A DNA stretch of 64,000 nucleotides from a virus. Positions 11,279 to 19,224 of this stretch are shown here, in pieces. Positions within the stretch are counted from its first letter, which is position 1; every line of letters starts with the position of its first letter. The DNA is taken from positions 89,701 to 153,700 of IMG/VR virus record IMGVR_UViG_3300025450_000015; one strand, 5' to 3'. The notes below the pieces were generated by a model, which saw only the letters and a program-made list of their open reading frames with translations, made no database searches and was not told where the DNA came from. Position numbers and translations under genes: made by a program.

Positions 11279-13249
11279 ATGGCACGTTATAATACATCGC
11301 TGGCAACAGAAATTGTTTCCGGAGCACAAACTCTGTTAACACCTGCACAAGGTGGTTACACAGAATTTCAAGGATCTGCACCGTACACGGTGGTTATCCC
11401 AGGACCAACATTATTTTTAGGACAGTCGCAAAGTTATTTTAACAACACTAGTGGTGTTGTTACACTTTCTGCTCCTAGCGGATATATTGCTGGTAGTCCT
11501 AGTTCTCCGGTGTTTAACGGACCAGGTGGTTCTAGTACAAACTTATTGGCCATGCCAGCAGGATCTAGTTGTATTATTGGATCTGATGGTACTAACTATA
11601 GTATAATTACATTCCCAGGCGGTAATCAATTTGGTATTAACGGAACTTTTTCAGCTGATTTGATTAGTACCAATACTGGTACCACCAATATCTACAATAC
11701 AAATACTCAGACAGTTAACTTTGCAGGCGCGGCAACTAGTATCAATATTGGTTCTAGCACTGGTACAACTACTATTAACAATCAATTGTTAGTAAAAGGC
11801 GGAACAGTTGTTCTTAACTCTAGTTCAGTACGTACAGAAGATAAAAATATTGAAATTGGATATGTTAATCCAGTTACTTATGGTGGCGGTACTGTTACAA
11901 CTATCGGTGGTGCGTTAGGCGGTAGTACAACATTTACAAGTATTACTGGTACAAAAGTAACTGGTGCAGGTACATACAGTGGTGTTGGACAATTTGCTAC
12001 AAGTGGTAGCGGATCGGGTGCAACTTTTAACATCACTACAACTGGGTCAGGTACAACTTATACTGGTGTAACTACAATTACATTGGTTAATCCAGGAAGT
12101 AACTATGCAATCAATGATACAATTACTATTGGTGGTAACTTACTTGGTGGTACTAATAGTCCTAACAACTTAACATTCACTGTAAGCAACGTTAACTACA
12201 GTCCTTGGATTGCAACTATTACCGGTATGCCCAACACTACCAACTTGGTAAACGGTCAAGCTGTTAGTGCAACTAACGGTACAGGTAGTTTAGGCGGCGG
12301 CGGTACAAGTTATGTAATAAGCAACATTGTAAGTGGAACTAGTATTCAGGTAACAGTAACAGGCGGCACAACTCCTGTAGCTGGTACAATTACAGCTATT
12401 ACTCCAGGTAGTGCTGATACATTTGCCAACGGCGGCGGCATATTATTATATGGAACTAGTAATCACACATTACAATGGGCAAGCAGTACATTAGGTCCAA
12501 CAAGCGGTGGCGGTAACCCAGCTTGGGTTAGTTCAGAAGGGTTGTATATCAATACTTCTAATACATTTGGTATTCAAAGTGGTAGCAACGTTAACTTTAA
12601 CTTATTGACCAACGGTCAAGCTACTGGTACTGTTAACATTGCAACCAACGCTGGTACAGGTAACTTGTTTACTGGAGCAAGTTCAGCAGTTAACATTGGT
12701 GCTAGCGGTGGTACTGCTACAATCAGCAACACTAACTTTACAGTTGGACAGTCTGGTGGTACAGTTACTTTTAACGGTATTACAACTTTCACAATGAATA
12801 GCGTAACAGCGTTTAACTTAACTGGCGGCGGTACAATGAATGCTGGTAGTACATATGGTTATTTTAGTTCGCTAGGCGTTGGTACTAACACTAACGGTGG
12901 TGGTGGTACAATTTATGCGGCAAACAACATTGTTGCTTACTACTCAGATGACAGATTAAAGACACGTTTGGGCAAAATTGAAGATGCTCTTGCTAAGTTA
13001 GAAACATTAAATGGTTTTTACTTTGAAGCTAACCAAACTGCTCAGGATTTGGGATATACTGTTCAACGTGAAGTTGGAGTTTCTGCTCAAGAAGTTAATG
13101 CAATCCTGCCAGAAATTATCAAACCAGCTCCAATCGACGCTAAGTACATGACAGTTCAGTACGAAAAGTTATTACCATTAGTGATTGAAGCAGTTAAGGA
13201 ATTGTCAAGCCAAGTTAAAGAATTAAAAGCACAGATTAACAAGGAATAA
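11279..13249 (+). CDS. Tail fibre protein with C-terminal peptidase S74 intramolecular chaperone
   Basis: Gly/Thr-rich body. The C-terminal YYSDDRLK...GVSAQEV...YEKLLPLVIEAVKEL coiled coil is the S74 auto-cleaving chaperone signature. Confidence 0.85.
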   Translation: MARYNTSLATEIVSGAQTLLTPAQGGYTEFQGSAPYTVVIPGPTLFLGQSQSYFNNTSGVVTLSAPSGYIAGSPSSPVFNGPGGSSTNLLAMPAGSSCIIGSDGTNYSIITFPGGNQFGINGTFSADLISTNTGTTNIYNTNTQTVNFAGAATSINIGSSTGTTTINNQLLVKGGTVVLNSSSVRTEDKNIEIGYVNPVTYGGGTVTTIGGALGGSTTFTSITGTKVTGAGTYSGVGQFATSGSGSGATFNITTTGSGTTYTGVTTITLVNPGSNYAINDTITIGGNLLGGTNSPNNLTFTVSNVNYSPWIATITGMPNTTNLVNGQAVSATNGTGSLGGGGTSYVISNIVSGTSIQVTVTGGTTPVAGTITAITPGSADTFANGGGILLYGTSNHTLQWASSTLGPTSGGGNPAWVSSEGLYINTSNTFGIQSGSNVNFNLLTNGQATGTVNIATNAGTGNLFTGASSAVNIGASGGTATISNTNFTVGQSGGTVTFNGITTFTMNSVTAFNLTGGGTMNAGSTYGYFSSLGVGTNTNGGGGTIYAANNIVAYYSDDRLKTRLGKIEDALAKLETLNGFYFEANQTAQDLGYTVQREVGVSAQEVNAILPEIIKPAPIDAKYMTVQYEKLLPLVIEAVKELSSQVKELKAQINKE

Positions 13250-13252
13250 ACG

Positions 13253-13654
13253 ATGACAACTCCTTCAAGTCCTATTTATATTAGTCAAATTGACGGCGAA
13301 ATTGGACTGCCTAACAGCAGTCCATACAGCAATTTGAGTAATCTTAATGGATATGTAATTCCAGGACAACGTGATAGTTACCCAACTATGAACGAAATGC
13401 GTAACAGAGCATACTATCGTTCAAATAACAAGGGTAATTGCAACAACGGAAATTGTCCAAATAATTGTAATTGTGGTAACATTTGCTGTACAAACTGTTA
13501 TAATTGTAATAACATCAATTGCACAAATTGCGATGGTCAAAACTGGTTACAAAACAACTGTAATTGCAACTGCACTTACAACTGTAACATTAATACCAAC
13601 GTATATTATAACTGTAATTGTAACTGTAATTGTAACTGTAACTGTAACTGCTAA
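13253..13654 (+). CDS. Asn-Cys-rich protein; putative radical SAM substrate (RiPP-like precursor / tail-tip protein)
   Basis: AAGGA RBS. Residues 1-62 contain no Cys. Residues 63-133 contain 21 Cys, 19 of them preceded by Asn, and end in (NC)7. The gene lies immediately upstream of a rSAM/SPASM gene. Confidence 0.8.
   Translation: MTTPSSPIYISQIDGEIGLPNSSPYSNLSNLNGYVIPGQRDSYPTMNEMRNRAYYRSNNKGNCNNGNCPNNCNCGNICCTNCYNCNNINCTNCDGQNWLQNNCNCNCTYNCNINTNVYYNCNCNCNCNCNCNC
13610..13651 (+). repeat. (AAY TGY)7 hexamer tandem repeat encoding (Asn-Cys)7
   Basis: aac tgt aat tgt aac tgt aat tgt aac tgt aac tgt aac tgc. Variation occurs only at synonymous third positions. Confidence 0.9.
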
Positions 13655-13672
13655 TATACCACAAGGAATCTT

Positions 13673-15139
13673 ATGATTTTTGAAATACTGACAGAAAAGT
13701 TTGGATCAAACCCACCTGATCTAAGAACGTTCTTCTATGACAACGAAAAAAATGTCTTAAGCGATGAAACAGGATTCGTCTATGAGTATCCCGATGCTTA
13801 TGCAAATAATTTTGAAAATCGAGTACCATACAAACCATTTGATAAAGATCGTCCTTTAATTAAATCTCGCAGTACTAATCACGTAAAAATTCAACTAGGA
13901 TTAAGTTGTAATTATAGTTGTGATTATTGCAGTCAAAAATTTGTGGAACGCCCACGTGAAACTAATGCTAAAGACATTGAAAATTTTATGGAAATGTTTA
14001 AGACTTTAGAGTTTAACGAAGAAGACGGTTTACGAGTTGAATTTTGGGGAGGTGAACCTTTAGTTTACTGGAAGACATTAAAACCCCTGGCCGAAGCAGT
14101 AGCAGAATTTTTTAAAGATTGGAGAAAGAAACCAGTTTTTAGTATTATTACTAATGGTAGTATTTTAACAGAAGAAATCTGTGCTTGGCTATACAGTATG
14201 GAATTCCATGTAGCTATCAGTCATGACGGGCCAGGACAACATGTACGCGGACCAGATCCATTTGCAGATCCTAAGAAACGTGAAATTATTTTAGATTTAT
14301 ACCAGATTTTGCGTCCTTTAAATCGCATCAGTTTTAACTCAATGTTAAACAGACAAAATCTTAGTCGTAAAGCTATATTTGATTATTTTATTAATTTTAC
14401 AAATGATCCCAATGTTAGTTTAGGTGAAGGTACCTTTGTAGATGCATATGATGCCGATGGCCTACAACACAGTTTACAAACTAAACAAGATCATTTCGAA
14501 TTTAGAAAAATCGCGTTCGGAGAAATTTACGGATCTAACGGTGAAATCGGCTTTGGCAACATATTACAAAAAGTTGATAATTTCACAGAATCAGTATTGA
14601 CCCATCAGCAAGCAGACTATTTAGGTCAAAAATGCGGCATGGATGACGAAAGAACCGTTGCATTTGATTTAAACGGCAATGTAATTACTTGCCAAAATGT
14701 CAGTGCTATCGAAATTAACAAAAACGGAGAACCTCACTTAGGTGGTAAGATTACTGAGATCGAGGACGTAAAAATTACTACTAGTACACACTGGAGTAAT
14801 CGTGCAGAATGTCCAAGTTGTCCAGTGTTGCATATTTGTAAAGGTGCATGTATGTTCCTTTCAGATGAATTCTGGACTACAAGTTGCAATAACGCCTATA
14901 GCGATAACGTACCATTGTTTGCCGCAAGTATTGAAAAAATAACAGGTGGTTATGTTCCTTACCATATTAAGGGCAAAGGATTACCATTAGAGCGCCAAGA
15001 TATCTGGGGCGGTGTATTCAAACACGAAGAAGAAAAGAAAAAAATAATACCTATTAAGATTGTCAGTGAAAAAGTTGCTGTAATCGACAATGTCGAAGTT
15101 TACGGTAAGAGTTCCTTGATAAATACTGAACAGGAATAA
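13673..15139 (+). CDS. Radical SAM/SPASM-domain protein (putative peptide/protein maturase)
   Basis: CNYSCDYC (CX3CX2C, C79/83/86), FWGGEP, ITNG and ISHDG motifs. The C-terminal CX13GX4C...CX2CX5CX3CX11C seven-Cys pattern is SPASM-type. Confidence 0.92.
   Translation: MIFEILTEKFGSNPPDLRTFFYDNEKNVLSDETGFVYEYPDAYANNFENRVPYKPFDKDRPLIKSRSTNHVKIQLGLSCNYSCDYCSQKFVERPRETNAKDIENFMEMFKTLEFNEEDGLRVEFWGGEPLVYWKTLKPLAEAVAEFFKDWRKKPVFSIITNGSILTEEICAWLYSMEFHVAISHDGPGQHVRGPDPFADPKKREIILDLYQILRPLNRISFNSMLNRQNLSRKAIFDYFINFTNDPNVSLGEGTFVDAYDADGLQHSLQTKQDHFEFRKIAFGEIYGSNGEIGFGNILQKVDNFTESVLTHQQADYLGQKCGMDDERTVAFDLNGNVITCQNVSAIEINKNGEPHLGGKITEIEDVKITTSTHWSNRAECPSCPVLHICKGACMFLSDEFWTTSCNNAYSDNVPLFAASIEKITGGYVPYHIKGKGLPLERQDIWGGVFKHEEEKKKIIPIKIVSEKVAVIDNVEVYGKSSLINTEQE
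15118..15125 (+). promoter_or_regulatory. Putative T4-type late promoter (GATAAATA)
   Basis: Same TAAATA core as found upstream of the structural genes. It lies in the rSAM 3' end, upstream of ORF 15153. Confidence 0.45.
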
Positions 15140-15152
15140 GGAATAGCAGATC

Positions 15153-16148
15153 ATGAATTTAACTCAAAATTTAATACAGTTTCAACATTCGCAGTTGATA
15201 GCACTAGATATAAAATTTACTGACACTGGATTTCAGTGGACAGTATTTGATGCCTATAAAAAATCAGAATTGCAGTTGGAATGGGCTAGTTTAGCAGATA
15301 ATACCGTTACTGCTAGAAAAGTAGCCGGAGTTAGATATCCAAGCCCTGCTGACGAATTTGCATGGGAAACAGAAACACATAGAGTTTATAGTCAAACTTC
15401 AGGAGTCTATCCTGGTGTAACAGCAGGAATTTCTGGAGAAATAAATTGGACAGATATTACCAACAATGAGGGATTTTCAGATCATGCTATTTTTGCAATC
15501 ACTCACCCAGCTGACCAAGTTACTGTAAGAAATTTAAATGTAAGATACGTTCAACAAACTGCTTTGAATACAAGAACAGGTATCCCATTATACAATTTAG
15601 TAGCCAATTCACAACTACATAAGAAAAATCCAGTTAGGGCAATGTCTTTGCAAAAGAATAGTCCTATGATTTTAATTTCTATTCCGTTTGCAGAAATGAA
15701 TCCATCAGATTGGAACATGATGGTTGCGTTGGGCGATAGCGATCCTGGCCTAGTAAGAATATCGTCAGGCGAACAATTCACAAATGTAATCACCGACGAG
15801 CTTGGCAGAATCGTATATACTATGCCAAAAGTTTATTTTACAAATAAGACTGCTACTGTCAGCCCAGACGGCTATGTCGATTTACCGTTTTACTTAGGAA
15901 CTCCTACCGATTTAAATCCCCCAGCAAAAACAAGCTCTGAGCATGGATTGCCTATAACGGATCACAATGCAACTATATATTTAAAAACTACGGCAGGTCA
16001 CTTGAATAAACAACAAGTACAAACAGTCAACGGTGTAGGAACTGTTCGTTTAATTGCAACACATCTTGTTCCAGGTGACACTATCACAGTAAGTTGTGGT
16101 TTTCAATATTGGTCAGGATCAGACGACTGCGTTATAACCGTACAATAA
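15153..16148 (+). CDS. Hypothetical protein in rSAM cluster, probable C-terminal Ig-like beta-sandwich
   Basis: 331-aa ORF with an AAGGA RBS. The C-terminal ...VNGVGTVRLIATHLVPGDTITVSCGF segment is a run of beta-strands. Confidence 0.6.
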   Translation: MNLTQNLIQFQHSQLIALDIKFTDTGFQWTVFDAYKKSELQLEWASLADNTVTARKVAGVRYPSPADEFAWETETHRVYSQTSGVYPGVTAGISGEINWTDITNNEGFSDHAIFAITHPADQVTVRNLNVRYVQQTALNTRTGIPLYNLVANSQLHKKNPVRAMSLQKNSPMILISIPFAEMNPSDWNMMVALGDSDPGLVRISSGEQFTNVITDELGRIVYTMPKVYFTNKTATVSPDGYVDLPFYLGTPTDLNPPAKTSSEHGLPITDHNATIYLKTTAGHLNKQQVQTVNGVGTVRLIATHLVPGDTITVSCGFQYWSGSDDCVITVQ

Positions 16149-16155
16149 GGTTTTT

Positions 16156-17358
16156 ATGAAAATAGGCATTATAGGTAGTGGTACCGCCAGCGCCGTTTCA
16201 TTACTTGCAATTTTTGATAAATTTAAATTCCATAGATGCAAACACATAGATGTGTATTGCATATACAATCCTGACATTCCTGTAACTACTGTGGGCGAAA
16301 GTACTAGCCCTATAATGCCTAGTTTACTTTATCATGCTATTGATTTTTCTGTTACTGAAGAATTAAAAGAGTTCGATGGTACCCTTCGCTGGGGTACTCG
16401 TTACTACTGGGAAGATATTAATGATAAAAATTTCCTAGTAAGGCATGGACATACAGGATTGCATGTCAACAGTGAAAAATTTAGCGGATTTGTTATCAAC
16501 AAACTTGATAAATTATACGATAATTTTTTTCAAATACACGGTAATGTCTCAGACATAACACAAGATCATACTCACGTATCGATATTAGTCGACGGAGTGC
16601 AACATAAATTTGACTATATCATCGATTGTAGAGGATCACCGTCGGCCGAAGAAATGGATAGTGGACTATACGAATTTCCAAAATTTGAAACAGTTAACTC
16701 AGTAATACTATTTCCTGACTTTAAAGAGTATAACGAAGATTTAACAAGTGCATATCCACATGACGACGGCTGGATGTTTGGAGTACCATTAACTCATCGT
16801 AAAGCCTTTGGTTATCTATATAATAAAAATATAACAACTCAGGAAGAAGCGATTGAAAAATTTTCTAAATTAAAAAATATTGATGCTAGTAAATTAAGAA
16901 AATTTAGCTGGAGACAGTATTATAAAAAAGAAGCAATGAATGGACGCATATTATCCATGGGTAACAGACTATATTTTCTTGAACCTGCACAAGCATTGCC
17001 GTTACATTTTTATATAAATTTGTCTGTAGAGTTTATTGAAACATTAATTAAAGGTACTAATTTACAAACACCGCATTTTAATAGAGGAATTAATACTTCT
17101 TATCTTAAAAGTATGGAAGATATGTTGAATTTAGTTGCACTAAACTATGTAGGTCCTTGCAAAAAAGATACGCCTTTCTGGAATACAGTCACAGCACTGG
17201 CTAAAGAACGTTTACAAACATCGGAAAGATTTCAAAAATATGTAAGATTGTGTCAGCAGACTGGAGAATACGAGCAGTATTGGGCACACAATTCAGCCTT
17301 GATGAAAGAATATATCGAAGGCTTTGATATTAAACTAGATCAACTAAGTCAAATATAG
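16156..17358 (+). CDS. Flavin-dependent tryptophan-halogenase-like oxidoreductase
   Basis: Rossmann IGIIGSGTAS, plus VGEST, IDCRG, GWMFGVPL (WxWxIP-like) and FLEPAQA (FxEPLES-like) motifs. Confidence 0.8.
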   Translation: MKIGIIGSGTASAVSLLAIFDKFKFHRCKHIDVYCIYNPDIPVTTVGESTSPIMPSLLYHAIDFSVTEELKEFDGTLRWGTRYYWEDINDKNFLVRHGHTGLHVNSEKFSGFVINKLDKLYDNFFQIHGNVSDITQDHTHVSILVDGVQHKFDYIIDCRGSPSAEEMDSGLYEFPKFETVNSVILFPDFKEYNEDLTSAYPHDDGWMFGVPLTHRKAFGYLYNKNITTQEEAIEKFSKLKNIDASKLRKFSWRQYYKKEAMNGRILSMGNRLYFLEPAQALPLHFYINLSVEFIETLIKGTNLQTPHFNRGINTSYLKSMEDMLNLVALNYVGPCKKDTPFWNTVTALAKERLQTSERFQKYVRLCQQTGEYEQYWAHNSALMKEYIEGFDIKLDQLSQI

Positions 17359-17779
17359 TTTGTAATTTGGTACGAATAGTTTTACTGTTAAAACTATTAC
17401 GTAGTCCTTGATGTAAGGGTTTAGGTGTGCGATCTACAGTAGTCCAAGCCCAACCAATGTGTTCGTCACTCAAGACAGGAACAAACTCGTTATCTATTAC
17501 ACACAAATAAGTATGAAAATTAAATACTTTATCGTTACTGACAAATGTTTCTAATGGGATTGTTTTAATTATTTTAGGCACTGCACCTATTTCTTCTTTA
17601 ATTTCGCGTTGAAGACCTTGCCAAGGTGTTTCACCTATGATGTTTGTCCCGCCGACTAATCCCCACGTGCCTTCGTGTTTACCGTGACTTTTTTGAAGTA
17701 ATAAAAATCGTTGTGTAGATTTAGCATAAAATAATGCACCACTACAAACTATTCTATCTTTTACAATATTATTTTCCAT
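17330..17779 (-). CDS. NUDIX hydrolase
   Basis: Nudix box GTNIIGETPWQGLQREIKEEIG (GX5EX7REUXEEXG) and a downstream LSDEH motif. Confidence 0.88.
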   Translation of the reverse strand: MENNIVKDRIVCSGALFYAKSTQRFLLLQKSHGKHEGTWGLVGGTNIIGETPWQGLQREIKEEIGAVPKIIKTIPLETFVSNDKVFNFHTYLCVIDNEFVPVLSDEHIGWAWTTVDRTPKPLHQGLRNSFNSKTIRTKLQTIFDLVDLV

Positions 17780-19224
17780 TGGCCCACACCATATTCACCT
17801 TCAAAGCTCTTGACCCATGCAACCCCGTTCCACAAGTACTGAACTCCAGTGTATATATTCGTTTGCCATACCATAGTGTCTGATTCTAGAGCGGCATGAA
17901 AAATAACTTGCCATACTGAACCAGTATATTCTATAATGTCATTAGCATTAGCTACTAAACTGCCCCATACGACAGCAGGATTTGTATTAGTCGTGTTGCC
18001 TATATCTTCAATAATTAGATAACGTGTACCTGCTATTGGGTTGTTAGGTGTATAAGTTTGAGGATTAATAATGGCATCAAAAGTACCAGGGCTGTTTGGT
18101 CGATAACTAGTAGCGGCATTGTAATCTTTTACATCTGTACTTAAAAATCCGTTACTATCAATTCCAGTATTGCTAGTCAATGTATCTGTATTATAATTAA
18201 TTTGTAAAATTGCAGGATTTGTAGGATTAATAGCAATAGTACCTATAACGTAAGTCCCATTTGGTTGCAACAAATACAACATACTAGAACCTGCAACATA
18301 TTTTCCGGGGAATAAATTGAATACACTTTCCCAACTTTGAGGATTACTGATCGGAGTAGGAATAGTCAACGTCGGTTCTGGAGGATTAACACCTCCTCCT
18401 GATTCTAACAAAGTTGCCTGGCCGTCGTATACTGCTATAGGAAATCCTGTAACTGTAACATTTTCAGTAGCAAGCAAATTGCTAAATGACGGACTAGTGC
18501 CATCAGATTGTAGTGCAGGATCTATTCCTAATCCTTCAACATACCCAGACGGATAAGTTCCTTCGGACCCATAGACACTTGTAATAATTTTTGTAATAAC
18601 ACCAAGATGTTTGACCTTAACTGGAGGACTAATCCAGATAGGAGAATCTAAACTTAATGTTGCTATATCAATAGGAGTATCATTGCCGACAGGAACTTGT
18701 CTACTATCCCAAACGATATCTCCTAAATTAAGAACTGATAAACTAGTCCAGTCAATATAGTTGTCTGTGGTTTGCAATTCTAAACTAGGGTTGAATAACA
18801 CTAGTATTTGTTCTAATATTTGTAATTTTTGATCAGTACTGCTAGTCCAAATATCGCATTTCATCTTTAATTGAAAAGGAGTAGGCATCAAGCGTTCAAC
18901 TGTATAATTACGTCCTTGATTTCCGGTATAATTATTTCCGTTAATATCTCTTTCGCGAAAATGCAACTTGCCTACATAAGTTTGATCAGCTAACCTATTT
19001 CTATCTAGTTCTAAACCAGTTACATACACACTTATACGTGGAATACTATTAACAGCATTTTCACTGTTTTGACGTATGATGCTGGCCACTTGACGATCTG
19101 CATCGCCGTACATTACGGGTACTTGATGTAGTGTTCCATCTCCATATTTGACCACAAAATTACTGAGCACTCGTATAGTTTGTGTCAAATATCTTCTTAC
19201 TTGTCCGTCATAAAACCACTGCAT
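17761..19224 (-). CDS. gp15: Tail terminator / sheath stabilizer (T4 gp15-like) with C-terminal extension
   Basis: N-terminal WFYDGQVRRY, VPVMYG, PRISV and LQILEQILVLFNP motifs; adjacent to the neck genes. Confidence 0.75.
   Translation of the reverse strand: MQWFYDGQVRRYLTQTIRVLSNFVVKYGDGTLHQVPVMYGDADRQVASIIRQNSENAVNSIPRISVYVTGLELDRNRLADQTYVGKLHFRERDINGNNYTGNQGRNYTVERLMPTPFQLKMKCDIWTSSTDQKLQILEQILVLFNPSLELQTTDNYIDWTSLSVLNLGDIVWDSRQVPVGNDTPIDIATLSLDSPIWISPPVKVKHLGVITKIITSVYGSEGTYPSGYVEGLGIDPALQSDGTSPSFSNLLATENVTVTGFPIAVYDGQATLLESGGGVNPPEPTLTIPTPISNPQSWESVFNLFPGKYVAGSSMLYLLQPNGTYVIGTIAINPTNPAILQINYNTDTLTSNTGIDSNGFLSTDVKDYNAATSYRPNSPGTFDAIINPQTYTPNNPIAGTRYLIIEDIGNTTNTNPAVVWGSLVANANDIIEYTGSVWQVIFHAALESDTMVWQTNIYTGVQYLWNGVAWVKSFEGEYGVGQWKIIL

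Noticed and set aside
13473-13676. Alternate-frame ORF with (VT/VI)n repeats over the NC array
   Set aside because: It is a frame-shifted reading of the Asn-Cys repeat; the synonymous variation pattern supports the NC frame.
13673-15139. rSAM as a housekeeping enzyme (NrdG, QueE, MoaA or sulfatase maturase)
   Set aside because: The length and full SPASM motif do not fit NrdG, QueE or MoaA. No sulfatase, NrdD or que genes are in the window, whereas a Cys-rich ORF is adjacent. This is not formally excluded without a search.
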